Positions 1 to 9,931 of a stretch of DNA of 64,000 bases are shown here, piece by piece. Origin of the DNA: an uncultured Candidatus Binatia bacterium. GTDB taxonomy: Bacteria; Desulfobacterota; Binatia; Bin18. Where the stretch lies: assembly GCA_965247985.1 (NCBI GenBank), contig OZ252051.1:53953-117952 (forward strand), read 5' to 3'. A program made the translations under genes and the position numbers. Numbering within the stretch: position 1 is the first letter of the stretch; each line of letters begins with the position of its first letter. The notes under the pieces are model-generated. The model saw nothing but the letters and a program-made list of their open reading frames with translations. It did not search any database and was not told the origin of the DNA.

Positions 1-743
1 TCCGTCAGCGCGGCGGCGGCAATCGGGACATACATACCCCAATTCACCAGACGCTGACCCGGCGCAACCGCTCCGTCCAAGCCTGGCACAAAATAAAAAA
101 TACCGTGCCCGCCCGGATAGCCCAAACAGCGCACGCCGCTTGCGAGCGGCTGTGATTCCTCAAGTTCCTCTTCAAGCAGGAAGCCCCGCCACAAGACATA
201 GCCGGCATACCTCAGGGCGATATCGGGGAAGAGGCTACGCCGGCCCAGCGAGGTGTAGCCATCCGCACAGACCACTAGGTCAAATACAGACGCGGACCCA
301 TCGGCCAACTCCACCCGGACCGTTCCGTTGGGTTGCTGGTGTAAGGCCACGGCTCGCTGCCCCGAGTGATACACCATATCCGGCACGCGTTTGCGCAGGT
401 TTCTATACAACCCACCCCAGTTGAGCAAAGCCAAATTTGCGGGCTGGTCCCAGGCAAGATAGCCGTAGCGGCGCTCTTTTTCCGTGCGCCAGATACGCGT
501 GAAGGCATGACCGGCGAAGAAGGGGGTATCAGCATCAACGAGGTCGCGTTCAATGAAGGTGTCCATGACCGAGGGCGGAACGCCGATACCCGCTCCTCTA
601 TCCTTCAAGGTGTCGCCCGTGCGCTCTAAAAGCGTGACCTCGCAGCCTGACCGCAGCAGTTCGATCGCCGTAGTACAGCCGGCAATTGACCCTCCGATGA
701 TGCCGACTCGGAGTCCCTGTGTGAGTGTAGTGTTCGCTGACAT
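1..743 (-). CDS. FAD-dependent monooxygenase (flavoprotein hydroxylase family); C-terminus cut by window edge
   Basis: Minus-strand frame checked codon by codon: open from ATG 743-741 down to position 1. It is absent from the ORF track only because it has no in-window stop. N-terminal dinucleotide-binding motif GIIGGSIAGCTTA and later DLVVCADGYTSLGRR motif. GGAGGA Shine-Dalgarno 6 nt upstream of the ATG. Confidence 0.6.
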   Translation of the reverse strand, partial: MSANTTLTQGLRVGIIGGSIAGCTTAIELLRSGCEVTLLERTGDTLKDRGAGIGVPPSVMDTFIERDLVDADTPFFAGHAFTRIWRTEKERRYGYLAWDQPANLALLNWGGLYRNLRKRVPDMVYHSGQRAVALHQQPNGTVRVELADGSASVFDLVVCADGYTSLGRRSLFPDIALRYAGYVLWRGFLLEEELEESQPLASGVRCLGYPGGHGIFYFVPGLDGAVAPGQRLVNWGMYVPIAAAALT

Positions 744-912
744 GGCCCTCCTCCAGTGCGTTGTGTGGCAGTCCTCCCCTACCACAAGTTCCTATGGAAA
801 TCACTGTTTCTCCTGTATTCCTTGAAAAGAGGCAGATGTTTCCGTACTCTGGGCCGCAAGCGTTTGTATGTAATCCCCAGTCCGACTGGAACGGTAAACG
901 GAGAGCAACAGA

Positions 913-2070
913 ATGATGCAAGAGATACCGGCAGGAATCATTTCAGCCGACGGCCATGTGTGTGAGCCGGCCAATTGTTACATCGACTATATTGAACCAA
1001 AATACCGGGATGTCGCGCCGCGCATCGTTGAACAACCCGATGGCACGGACGCCTTTGTCGTTCACGGCATGAAGCGTCCGATTCCCCTGGGATTCATTGA
1101 CGGTGCCGGCTTCACAGTCACGGAACGCAACAACCGGGCGGCAAAAATCAGGTTCCCGGATATTCGCGAGGGAGCCTACGGCGGCCAGGCGCGAATTCCG
1201 TATATGGACCAGGACGGGATTGCGGCTGAAGCCATCTACGCCTCCATTGGGATGGGTCTGTGCATGCACCGCGACCCGGACTATAAGAACGCCTGCATGT
1301 TGGCCTATAACCGTTGGTTACAGGCCATGTGCAGCGAAGCGCCGAACCGCATCCTGGGTCTGGCCCAGACCGCGGTTTTGAGCGTGGACGGTGCGATTGA
1401 GGATTTCCGGCGCGCCAAGGACATGGGCATGGTCGGTATGATGATGCCCGGTCGGCCCATCCATGAAGACTATGATCACGCCGACTACGATGCCCTGTGG
1501 GAGTGTGCAACGGACCTGGGACTGCCGATCTGTTTTCATATTCTGACCTCGCGTGAGGGCAGCCTGAACATGCCGCATCGCGGCCATGAGATGAATAATT
1601 TTCTGGGCATCATCCGGGCGGTTCAGGATGTGGTCGGCCTCCTGGTCCTGGGTGGTGTTTTTGAGCGTCATCCGCGCTTGAAACTTGTGTGTGCCGAGGG
1701 CGACGCCGGCTGGATGCCGCACTATATGTACCGCATGGATCACGCCGCCAGGATTAACGCCGAGGGTGGGATTATTGACGGCCTGTCAAAACTGCCCAGC
1801 GAATATATCAAACGCAACGTATGGATGACTTTCCAAGATGATCCGACCGCGTTTCATGCGGTCGATATCATGCCGCATCAGCAACTGCTGTGGGCCAGTG
1901 ATTTTCCGCATACGGATTCAACCTGGCCACGCTCTCAGCAATTATTGGCCGACCACGCGGCCCATATCACAGAGGAGCAACGCCAGGATATTATGCGCGA
2001 GAACGCCGCCAAGCTGTTCAATCTGCCGGCGGGCAAGAAGTCGTGGCGGATGCACGAGGCTCCGGTGTAG
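913..2070 (+). CDS. amidohydrolase-2 family metal-dependent hydrolase/decarboxylase (ACMSD/LigW-like), paralog 1 of 4
   Basis: 385-aa ORF. N-terminal ISADGHVCEP motif typical of PF04909-type enzymes. GGAGAG RBS upstream. Paralogous to CDS 21365, 45400 and 48487. Confidence 0.8.
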   Translation: MMQEIPAGIISADGHVCEPANCYIDYIEPKYRDVAPRIVEQPDGTDAFVVHGMKRPIPLGFIDGAGFTVTERNNRAAKIRFPDIREGAYGGQARIPYMDQDGIAAEAIYASIGMGLCMHRDPDYKNACMLAYNRWLQAMCSEAPNRILGLAQTAVLSVDGAIEDFRRAKDMGMVGMMMPGRPIHEDYDHADYDALWECATDLGLPICFHILTSREGSLNMPHRGHEMNNFLGIIRAVQDVVGLLVLGGVFERHPRLKLVCAEGDAGWMPHYMYRMDHAARINAEGGIIDGLSKLPSEYIKRNVWMTFQDDPTAFHAVDIMPHQQLLWASDFPHTDSTWPRSQQLLADHAAHITEEQRQDIMRENAAKLFNLPAGKKSWRMHEAPV

Positions 2071-2087
2071 GGGAACCCTCACCCTGA

Positions 2088-2143
2088 CCCTCTCCCAGCG
2101 GGAGAGGGGACAAAAGGTAGGGGCAACCCCCTGTGGTTGCCCG
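2088..2143 (+). repeat. CCCTCTCCC-agcg-GGGAGAGGG hairpin followed by a second hairpin GGGCAACC-N6-GGTTGCCC; copy a of the CCCTCTCCC family; terminator-like between convergent genes
   Basis: Perfect 9-bp inverted repeat at 2088-2109 immediately after the stop at 2070. Second 8-bp stem at 2121-2143. Flank CCCTCACCCTGA shared with the copies at 46655 and 58290. Confidence 0.5.
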
Positions 2144-2171
2144 GTCCCCCGTCGGTGAGGGGAAATCCACT

Positions 2172-3512
2172 CTACGCCTTCGGCTGCAAGCCGAGGTCTA
2201 CCAGCGGAGTCCGGTCCACGACCGGCATACGTCTTGTCCCCGGAGTGAGTTTGACCGAGCCGGGTATGCGGGTGAATGGATCGACCAGATCGATTTCCTT
2301 GGCGTATTCTTTGACCGCGGGAATGACCTCTTGGCCAAGCAGGCGGATGCTGGTCAGGCGATCTTCATTGCTGATGGGGCCTTGGACCTGGAAGCAGGCG
2401 AAGGTGCCCGGTCGCAGCACCCGGATCATGGTCTTGATTTTCTCAATGACCGTCTTGGGCGAGCCGACGATCATCAGATAGTCATCCTGGGCGCGTTTAT
2501 ACGACTTCTCCAGTTTTTGGCGGACCTCGCCGAGGTCGGTACTCTTCTTCTTCCGGCCCTGCTGGGCTTCTTTGAGCCGGTCCGAATCAACCCCGACCCA
2601 GCCACCGCTCGGCCGCTGGGCGAGCAGGCGGATGGCATTTTTGGAATTATAGCCCGGCGGTAAGGTGTGTTCCGGTCTGGAGAATGCACTTGCTCCACCG
2701 CCCCATACAAAGCCTTTGCCCAGCTCTTGCGCTTTTTCATCCGTCTCCGCACAGAACACACCTATCAAATAGGCGAAGTTCTCGGTGCTGGCCTGATAGC
2801 CGTTTTCCGCCGCGGTATCGGCATAATAGTCCAGCAAATCGCAGGTCGGACTCAGGGCCGTTACCAGGGCGAGATAGGGGTAATTATGCTGGGCGGCCCA
2901 ATGCACGGTCTCGGGACTCAGCACCCCCGGAATCCACATTTGCGGATGCGGTTTTTGGTAGGGTAAGGCCCACGGGTTCACGTGGCGATAGTGAAAATGC
3001 TTACCTTCGTAACGCCACGGGCCGGGTTTGGTCCAGGCCTGAATAATGAAATCGTGGGCTTCGTTGAACATCTCACGGTTATAGGCTGGGTTGGCATTAT
3101 TAAAGAACTGCTCGCTGCCAGCGCCGCGCACCCAGCCGGTGACTAAGCGACCACGCGAGATCAGATCGATTTCCGCCAGCTCTTCCGCCATCCGGAGCGG
3201 ATGCTTCAGAACAGGCAGCGGGTTACCGATCAGGACGATCTTGGCTTTGCTGGTAATGCGCGCCAGGATGGAGGCCTCAACATTCATGACGCTGCCCATG
3301 CAAAAAGGGTTGCCATGGTGCTCGTTCAGCATGAGCGCATCAAAGCCAACTTCTTCGGCATAGCAATATTCGTCCAGAAAGAAGTTGTAGTCATCAGCCG
3401 CCTTTTCGCGGTCAAAGCGTGCGTTGGGCAGGGCAAAGAAACCTCGGTGCTCAAGCACTTCGTCTTCGTTTATCCACCGATACGGTCGCTCAGTAAAATA
3501 GCCAAATAGCAT
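2172..3512 (-). CDS. luciferase-like monooxygenase (LLM) family flavin-dependent oxidoreductase
   Basis: 446 aa. LLM hallmarks (NEHHGNP, TIM-barrel regions, large insertion). RBS GGAGAG upstream. Confidence 0.8.
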   Translation of the reverse strand: MLFGYFTERPYRWINEDEVLEHRGFFALPNARFDREKAADDYNFFLDEYCYAEEVGFDALMLNEHHGNPFCMGSVMNVEASILARITSKAKIVLIGNPLPVLKHPLRMAEELAEIDLISRGRLVTGWVRGAGSEQFFNNANPAYNREMFNEAHDFIIQAWTKPGPWRYEGKHFHYRHVNPWALPYQKPHPQMWIPGVLSPETVHWAAQHNYPYLALVTALSPTCDLLDYYADTAAENGYQASTENFAYLIGVFCAETDEKAQELGKGFVWGGGASAFSRPEHTLPPGYNSKNAIRLLAQRPSGGWVGVDSDRLKEAQQGRKKKSTDLGEVRQKLEKSYKRAQDDYLMIVGSPKTVIEKIKTMIRVLRPGTFACFQVQGPISNEDRLTSIRLLGQEVIPAVKEYAKEIDLVDPFTRIPGSVKLTPGTRRMPVVDRTPLVDLGLQPKA

Positions 3513-3541
3513 ACCCGTCTCTCCTTCTCGTCATTGTCCTG

Positions 3542-3596
3542 AAATGAGTAAACGTACCAACATCTGCATATCTGTTGAGAGCGCGTTTATTTATTT
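3542..3596. promoter_or_regulatory. palindromic leader element, copy A (GAAATGAGTAAACG...core CCAACATCTGCATATCTGTTGAGAGCG...CGTTTATTTATTT)
   Basis: Lies 30 bp upstream of the LLM start at 3512. Right arm degenerate and overlaps the enoyl-CoA hydratase stop codon (3591-3593). Same core as copies B and D. Confidence 0.55.
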
Positions 3597-4376
3597 AAAT
3601 ACAGGCTTCCGTTTTTCCACAAACGCCCGGGCCGCCTCTTTGGCATCCTCGCTCCCCGTCAGCTCGTGCGTCATATTTTGCTCAAAGCGATACCCATCGC
3701 GCAGATCCATGAATTCAATCGCATTCATGGCATGTTTGGCAAGCCGGATGGCCAGCGGACTTTTGTCGGCAATCACTTGGGCCTGGGCGCGGGCTTCGTC
3801 CATGAGTTGCTCCGGCGGAACAACTTTTTCAACAATGCCCCGACGGTATAACTCCTGCGCGCCGATCCGCTCTCCCGTGTACATCATCTTGCGGGCTTTA
3901 TAGACACCAAAGAGGCGCTGGGTATGGCGACCGCCCCCCAACAAACCAACGTCGATTTCGGGCAGACCCAGCAGCGCCCGTTCTGACGCAATCAGCATAT
4001 CGCACGATGCTACCAGGGCCAGCCCTCCACCCAGAGCCGGGCCATTGATCGCGCCGATGACGGGGACGGAACATTCCAGAATAGAATGAAAAGCTTCGCG
4101 GGCCGCCCGCGAGTGGGCCCACATGGCTCCGTGACGCGGCTGTTGTGCGCCGTCATCCAGCGAGCGCGAACGCGCCTTCATATCCGCGCCGGCGCAAAAA
4201 CATTTCCCCGCCCCGGTAAAGATGGCCACCCGGACATCGGGACGATTATTCAGTGCATCAAAGGCGGCTTGAATCTCGTCAAACATCTGCCGATTCATGG
4301 CATTCACGGGCGGGCGATCAATTGTGACCGTGGCAATATAGTCTCTGATATCGGTTTTAATGCTTTCGGCGTCCAT
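3591..4376 (-). CDS. enoyl-CoA hydratase/isomerase (crotonase) family
   Basis: Crotonase signature VAIFTGAGKCFCAGADMK. Start preferred at ATG 4376 (MDAESIK...) with AGAGGTG RBS. The track ORF extends to 4403. Confidence 0.85.
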   Translation of the reverse strand: MDAESIKTDIRDYIATVTIDRPPVNAMNRQMFDEIQAAFDALNNRPDVRVAIFTGAGKCFCAGADMKARSRSLDDGAQQPRHGAMWAHSRAAREAFHSILECSVPVIGAINGPALGGGLALVASCDMLIASERALLGLPEIDVGLLGGGRHTQRLFGVYKARKMMYTGERIGAQELYRRGIVEKVVPPEQLMDEARAQAQVIADKSPLAIRLAKHAMNAIEFMDLRDGYRFEQNMTHELTGSEDAKEAARAFVEKRKPVFK

Positions 4377-4445
4377 ACACACCTCTTGATTCTTGAAGCG
4401 CACTGTACTGCAAGTTTGGAGCGATGTCGATGATTCCCAGGCCCG

Positions 4446-4811
4446 CTATCGCGGTGTTCTTTCCCTCTTCTCGTTTGCTTTCCGGGTCTGCCGGGGCAGG
4501 GTAAAGAGATCAACACACCACCATACCCCACTCACGGGCAGCGCCAGCAGCCCGACCACAAGAGGAAGGCTTGGGGAGGGGATGGTGAGCACAAGATTCT
4601 GCCACAGCCTCGGCAGCGCTAGACCAATGACAAGGGGGATACTCGGCGAAGGAAGAATGAGCACCTGTGTGAGGGCCCAAAGTCCGGCCCAGGTCGCAAG
4701 CAGAAAAAAGACACCCTTCAACGGTTTTCCCAAATAGATCGTATGCAGGCCAACAAGGCCAAAAAGACTCATGGCAAAGAAGAGGTATGCCCAGCCAAGC
4801 GACTTCTTCAT
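4446..4811 (-). CDS. TM2-domain small membrane protein with internal tandem repeat
   Basis: GLHTIYLGKPLKG matches the TM2 (GxHxFYLG) motif. Two hydrophobic segments. Internal repeat ILPSPSIPLVIGLALP / TIPSPSLPLVVGLLALP. Confidence 0.5.
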   Translation of the reverse strand: MKKSLGWAYLFFAMSLFGLVGLHTIYLGKPLKGVFFLLATWAGLWALTQVLILPSPSIPLVIGLALPRLWQNLVLTIPSPSLPLVVGLLALPVSGVWWCVDLFTLPRQTRKANEKRERTPR

Positions 4812-4958
4812 CTTTTTCGTCCAGAAACGGATAGCGAACCCATCGTAATCGGTCAGAGGATAAAGGCCAAGGCGTAGCCGCGTGTGGTGCTTCTCGCCGT
4901 GTTCTGTTAGAGCACATTGCAGTCGCGTTTGCGTAGAGAGTCAGTCGAATAAGGAGAG

Positions 4959-5732
4959 GTGCTTATGCCAGGACGACTAGCGGATAAGGTCGCATTAATT
5001 ACAGGCTCCGGCGGTGGACAGGGACGGGCCGCCGCGGTGATGTTCGCCCAAGAAGGTGCAAAAGTCGTTGTCACAGACATTAAAGTCGAGGGCGGCAACG
5101 AGACTGTAGAACTGGTCAAAGCGGCCGGGGGAGACGCGGTGTTTCAAGAGACCGATGTCTCAAATGCAGCCGATATCAAAACGGCTGTTGACCGTGCGGT
5201 CGAGGCGTACGGGAGTTTACACATCATGTATAACAACGCGGCTGTCCTGCATAAGCACGACACGACCGTCACCAACCTTGAAGAGGAGATGTGGGATTTC
5301 GTTCTGAATGTGAATCTCAAGAGCGTCTACTTGGGCTGTAAATATGCGATTCCCGAAATGACCAAGGTCGGGGGTGGATCGATTATCAACGTTTCTTCGT
5401 TGGCCGGGATCCTGGGCGTTGGTAATGTCCATGCGTATACTGCTGCTAAAGGGGGCGTGGTTTCGCTGACCAAGGCGATTGCGACGGCCTATGCTTCCAA
5501 GAACATTCGTTGCAATGTCATGTGTCCCGGTGCTGTGGATACGCCGATGATGGCCCACGTTCTCCATAGTTCCAATCCCAAACGCCTGGAACGCGTGGCC
5601 AAGAGCCACCCGCTTGGTCGTGTGGGCACGCCAGAAGATGTTGCGTCCATGGGACTCTTTCTGGCCTCGGATGAGTCGTCATGGGTCACTGGTTCGGTGT
5701 TCACGGTTGACGGGGGATATGCAGCCCAATAG
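4959..5732 (+). CDS. SDR family NAD(P)-dependent oxidoreductase
   Basis: TGSGGGQG Rossmann motif near the N-terminus and a classical SDR layout. Paralog of CDS 27325. Confidence 0.9.
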   Translation: MLMPGRLADKVALITGSGGGQGRAAAVMFAQEGAKVVVTDIKVEGGNETVELVKAAGGDAVFQETDVSNAADIKTAVDRAVEAYGSLHIMYNNAAVLHKHDTTVTNLEEEMWDFVLNVNLKSVYLGCKYAIPEMTKVGGGSIINVSSLAGILGVGNVHAYTAAKGGVVSLTKAIATAYASKNIRCNVMCPGAVDTPMMAHVLHSSNPKRLERVAKSHPLGRVGTPEDVASMGLFLASDESSWVTGSVFTVDGGYAAQ

Positions 5733-5767
5733 GTCATGAGTGTTACGAAAGCGAAAGGAGAGACTGG

Positions 5768-7156
5768 ATGCGGAGCGAGCCCAGACATCTTGAACATCTG
5801 CTCGGCCTGAGCGTAGGACTTGTCAGCCTTATTGGTTTCAGCCTCTTTTTTTGTTTGCAGCCCCTCTGGGCTGCGGAAGACCAGAACGGGCGGCCGGGGA
5901 GGACGTGGAAAGCGCTGGCTGAACTCTCTGAAGAAGAACGGATGGCTATCGATATGGCGCAGGACACGCCCCGCGATGCGAATATCCCGTATCTGCCGGC
6001 CGAAGCCTATCCGTTTCGCCCTCCCTACACGGCTGAGGAAATGGGCTTTCGCGGCATGGAATTCCCGCATATGCCGCGCTGGAACTGCGTCCAGGTCGAA
6101 GACATGGGGCTGCTGACTCCCAGTGGCTCCCTGTCCAGTTCACAAATTCTCGTCCTGGTTCATTATCGAAAACCCGAGGGTCTGATTGGACACCTGACCG
6201 CCCAACCGGGGGAACTGTTGACGCACTGGCTGACGCAGGATTTATCTCCACCTGAAAATTACGGCAATCAAATGCTCTTTATGACCTACCGGACCGACCG
6301 GGAGAAGCGCACCAAGGCCGACCTGTTTGGCTATTCGCCGGCCATCCGCCGGGTGCGTCGCTTCCCGCAACCCCAGCGCGAAGACAAAATGGCCACCTGG
6401 CCGATGACGTTTGATGACTCGCTCGGGCGCGACGCCTGGGAGTTTTCGTGGCGCGTACTCGGAACCGATACCCTGACCGAGACGGTCCGCTTTCCGAAAA
6501 CGCGCCCGATCATCACCCTGGCGACCGCGGAGGGCATCTTTACCGACGTTCCCGTCCAAGACCTGAAAATAATGGGAGACAAATATCCGCACTATCAGCC
6601 GGATGGTGGCGTGCGCACCTACGTCCTGGAAGCCCGTCCAAAGTCGGATTGGCTGCCGGATTATTACGCCAGTAAGGTCCTGTATTGGTTAGAGCAGCAC
6701 TATTTCTATCCGCTGCGGATAGAGGTCTACGGGCAGCAGGATGAGCTTATCTTTGTTGAGGAGCGGATTACCCAGATGATGAATCCGAACCTCGGGGAGC
6801 GTGGCTATCACAACCTGATTGCGGTCTGGTGGGACGCCCAGGCCGACTATTATGGCTACACCCTGCACGATGCCATGCAGGTCAAAGAATGGTCACAGAA
6901 AGATGTGGACGTATTCTTCTCACCCGACTTCATGCGGCGAGGCTGGTTCCCCGCGCCCTTAAAGACTCAGGCTGTGATCCGGACTCCAGAGGAATTCTTT
7001 TTACGTCCGCATTTATACAAGGATAAATTTTCGCAAGAGCGAAACTTGCAGTTGTCCTCTACAATCGAAGCGCGCATTCGCGCCCAGGATGCCGCCGGAC
7101 AGATTGTCTTTGGAGAAGAGCAGGAATTCGTCAAGACGAGTATCGCACCGAACTGA
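5768..7156 (+). CDS. secreted protein of unknown function (weak, unverified resemblance to DUF1329/LolA-like lipoprotein-sorting fold proteins)
   Basis: 462-aa ORF with a clear N-terminal signal peptide (LVSLIGFSLFFCLQPLWAAED). Normal codon usage. No catalytic motif recognised. Confidence 0.55.
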   Translation: MRSEPRHLEHLLGLSVGLVSLIGFSLFFCLQPLWAAEDQNGRPGRTWKALAELSEEERMAIDMAQDTPRDANIPYLPAEAYPFRPPYTAEEMGFRGMEFPHMPRWNCVQVEDMGLLTPSGSLSSSQILVLVHYRKPEGLIGHLTAQPGELLTHWLTQDLSPPENYGNQMLFMTYRTDREKRTKADLFGYSPAIRRVRRFPQPQREDKMATWPMTFDDSLGRDAWEFSWRVLGTDTLTETVRFPKTRPIITLATAEGIFTDVPVQDLKIMGDKYPHYQPDGGVRTYVLEARPKSDWLPDYYASKVLYWLEQHYFYPLRIEVYGQQDELIFVEERITQMMNPNLGERGYHNLIAVWWDAQADYYGYTLHDAMQVKEWSQKDVDVFFSPDFMRRGWFPAPLKTQAVIRTPEEFFLRPHLYKDKFSQERNLQLSSTIEARIRAQDAAGQIVFGEEQEFVKTSIAPN

Positions 7157-7164
7157 AGCGCGCT

Positions 7165-7911
7165 CTAATCAGCCAGGGGCTTGAAGCCGCCAAAAATCGC
7201 AAAATTCAGAAACTTCCAATAGCAGTCCACAATCGTGAAGCCGGCCTCTCGCCACCAGTGCAGCTGAGGCTCCAGCGGAGCGATGTGGCTGCTGTGTCCC
7301 TTGGGACGCTGCATGGCGGTCCGTACCTGGCGAATTTCTTCGAGCGAGTGCAGCTCTCCTGTCTGCTCCCGGACGTGCTGCTGGATAACCCGATCAGCCA
7401 AGGGCGTGAACTGGTCGCGTAATGCAGGGTCTCCGGCAACCACGTCATTGTTGAGGAACAGACCGCCAGGCTGGAGCAGATTGAACACTTCAGCACATAA
7501 TTGTCTTTTACGACTGTCAGTCAGGTGATGCAGCGCAATGGCTGAGACTGCGGCATGAAACGGTCCGGGCAGATCGGCGTGCCAGGTGGGATCAGCCAGA
7601 TCGCGCAGAAAAAGTTCGACGTGCGAGCCATACTTGCTGAGGCGGGGCTCAGCATGCTCGTGCATGGCGGTCGAGCCGTCAACCCAGGTGACCGTTGCGT
7701 GTGGATAGTAGGAGAGAATCGTCTCTGTGACCGCACCATAGCCTGCGCCTAAATCGAGCACACGGATCGGTTCATCAGCCGACCAAGGGAAGAGGTCGAG
7801 CAAGGTATTGAGTTGCTCAAAGCGCTTCGGAATCAAGAGCGCGCTCCGCTGTACAAAATAGTCAACTTTGTCTTGGTCTCCCCAGCCACACAGGGTATCA
7901 GGCTCGGCCAT
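7165..7911 (-). CDS. class I SAM-dependent methyltransferase
   Basis: Motif I VLDLGAGYGAVT. 248 aa. Convergent with the upstream gene (8-bp gap). Confidence 0.8.
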   Translation of the reverse strand: MAEPDTLCGWGDQDKVDYFVQRSALLIPKRFEQLNTLLDLFPWSADEPIRVLDLGAGYGAVTETILSYYPHATVTWVDGSTAMHEHAEPRLSKYGSHVELFLRDLADPTWHADLPGPFHAAVSAIALHHLTDSRKRQLCAEVFNLLQPGGLFLNNDVVAGDPALRDQFTPLADRVIQQHVREQTGELHSLEEIRQVRTAMQRPKGHSSHIAPLEPQLHWWREAGFTIVDCYWKFLNFAIFGGFKPLAD

Positions 7912-8083
7912 TGGTCTCCCTCCCGTACAGTCTCGACGGAATACATATCAAAAGGAGTCGGTCTCAGTTGTATCACACGTGTAGTTGAGGTGGTATGACG
8001 CATACCGAGGGGAGTCATCATGTGGCACGGTCCCGAACGGCTAAGCCGCAAGTCGACCGGTAGAAGCACAAAAGGAGGGAGCC

Positions 8084-9877
8084 ATGATCGTCTCAGCGCG
8101 TAAACAATACAAAGTCACCACCGAAGAGAATGTTCCCATGAAAACACGGGATGGGATCACGCTGTATGCCGACGTGGTCCGACCAGACTCAGACGCGCGT
8201 TTCCCCGTCCTGCTGAGCCGCACCCCGTATGGCAAAAAGGGTTCCGCCGACCCCAATGGCCTTAATGCCTCGTATGCGCAGTATGGCTATGTCTTTATTA
8301 CCCAGGACTGTCGCGGCCGTTTTGAATCCGAAGGAGAGTACGACACCATCTTTCAAGAAGCCGCCGACGGCTACGATGCCGTCGAATGGGCCGCCCGCCT
8401 GCCGTGGTCGAACGGCCGGGTAGGGACGACCGGCCAGTCCTATTTGGGGCTGACGCAGTATCTGATTGCCTGTAACGACCCCATGCCGCCATCCCTCCAG
8501 TGTATGGCGCCAGTTTCATCCTCAGCTGACTATCATGCCAGTTGGATCTACCAGACCGGCGGGGTGTCAAAGTGGGGCTGGATGGTGCCGTACGCCATCT
8601 TCAAGGGCCTCAATACGCTCAAGCGCCAGGGGCGCAGAGACCTCATGGAAAAGATGAAGGAGTATGTCGAAGACGGCGAGTTAGCCGGCGTGCGGACGAC
8701 CCGTTGGGGCTTGAACGCCTTCACCCCCCTGACCGACGAGTGGTATCGCCACCTGCCCATCAAGGATTGGGGTGAACTGCTCAAAGAAACCGCGCCCTAC
8801 ATGGCCGAGCATATCGCCCATGCTGACGATGGAGAGTATTGGTACCGGGCCAATGTGAACCGCTTTGCGGAGACGATCAGCACGCCAATGCTTCATGTCA
8901 CCTCGTGGTATGACACGTTTGCTGAGGGTGGGCCGGCCGCGTATCAGAGCATCACTACGCGGAGTCAGTTTGCAGTCGCCCGAACCGGTCAACGGCTGAT
9001 CATCGGACCGTGGGGCCATCTCTTGCCCTATACGACGCCGACTTCGCGCGGCGCAGGTGATATCGATTTTGGTCCGAACGCCTTGATAGACCTGAATGAA
9101 ACCTTGTTGCGCTGGTTCGATTATTGGCTCAAAGACGTAGACAACGGAATTATGGACGAGCCGGCAGTCAACATCTTCACTCTGGGGGAGAACCGCTGGC
9201 AGCACCTGTCCGACTGGCCACCCCCGCATATGCGCCAGGTGCGCTACTTCCTGCACAGCGACGGTGGGGCAAACACTCTCAATGGGAATGGGACCCTCTC
9301 AACCGTGCCGCCTAGCCAGGAACAAGTAGACACGTATGTCTATGATCCTGACAATCCAGTTCCGTCACTGGGCGGCAATAACCTAGCCGTAGATATGGGC
9401 GTCCAGGATCAACGCCCGGTCGAAGAACGTAATGATGTCCTCGTCTATACCTCCGAACCGCTCACCCAGGCGCTGGAAATCACCGGACCGGTGTCAGTGA
9501 CGTTGTGGGCGGCGTCTTCAGCCGTTGATACGGACTTTACGGCCAAGCTTATTGACGTCCATCCGGACGGCTATGCCCAGAATCTGCTCAATGGGATCAT
9601 CCGCGCCCGCTATCGGGACTCCGCGGCCACGCCCACATTGGTGGAAGCGAACAGGCCGTATCAGTTTACGATTGATTTATGGGCGACGAGCAACGTCTTC
9701 CTGCCGGGCCACCGCATTCGACTGGAAATCAGTTCCAGCCATTTCCCGGAGTTCGACCGCAACCTGAATACGGGCGAGCCGTTTGGCGAGGGAACACAGG
9801 GAGTGACAGCCCAGCAGACGGTGTTCCATCAGGAAGACCGGGCGTCCTCTGTCCTGCTACCGGTGATTCCCCGATAG
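8084..9877 (+). CDS. CocE/NonD family alpha/beta hydrolase (X-Pro dipeptidyl-peptidase S15-like)
   Basis: N-terminal KTRDGITLYADVVRP...PVLLSRTPYGK and nucleophile elbow GTTGQSYLG. 597 aa with a C-terminal beta-sandwich region. Confidence 0.85.
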   Translation: MIVSARKQYKVTTEENVPMKTRDGITLYADVVRPDSDARFPVLLSRTPYGKKGSADPNGLNASYAQYGYVFITQDCRGRFESEGEYDTIFQEAADGYDAVEWAARLPWSNGRVGTTGQSYLGLTQYLIACNDPMPPSLQCMAPVSSSADYHASWIYQTGGVSKWGWMVPYAIFKGLNTLKRQGRRDLMEKMKEYVEDGELAGVRTTRWGLNAFTPLTDEWYRHLPIKDWGELLKETAPYMAEHIAHADDGEYWYRANVNRFAETISTPMLHVTSWYDTFAEGGPAAYQSITTRSQFAVARTGQRLIIGPWGHLLPYTTPTSRGAGDIDFGPNALIDLNETLLRWFDYWLKDVDNGIMDEPAVNIFTLGENRWQHLSDWPPPHMRQVRYFLHSDGGANTLNGNGTLSTVPPSQEQVDTYVYDPDNPVPSLGGNNLAVDMGVQDQRPVEERNDVLVYTSEPLTQALEITGPVSVTLWAASSAVDTDFTAKLIDVHPDGYAQNLLNGIIRARYRDSAATPTLVEANRPYQFTIDLWATSNVFLPGHRIRLEISSSHFPEFDRNLNTGEPFGEGTQGVTAQQTVFHQEDRASSVLLPVIPR

Positions 9878-9931
9878 GAAACCGGACAGCGCGAAACGAA
9901 TAAGCGAAAAGCCGACTGGAGTGCACTGACC

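Noticed and set aside
1838-2663. Plus-strand ORFs 1838..2158, 2133..2663 and many similar 60-170-aa ORFs antisense to or overlapping confident genes (e.g. 5489..6070-, 14289..15152+, 16342..17325-, 22476..23132+, 25679..26281-)
   Set aside because: High-GC DNA yields long spurious open frames on the opposite strand of real genes. These have Arg/Pro/Gly-rich low-complexity translations, no RBS, and overlap family-assigned CDSs almost completely.
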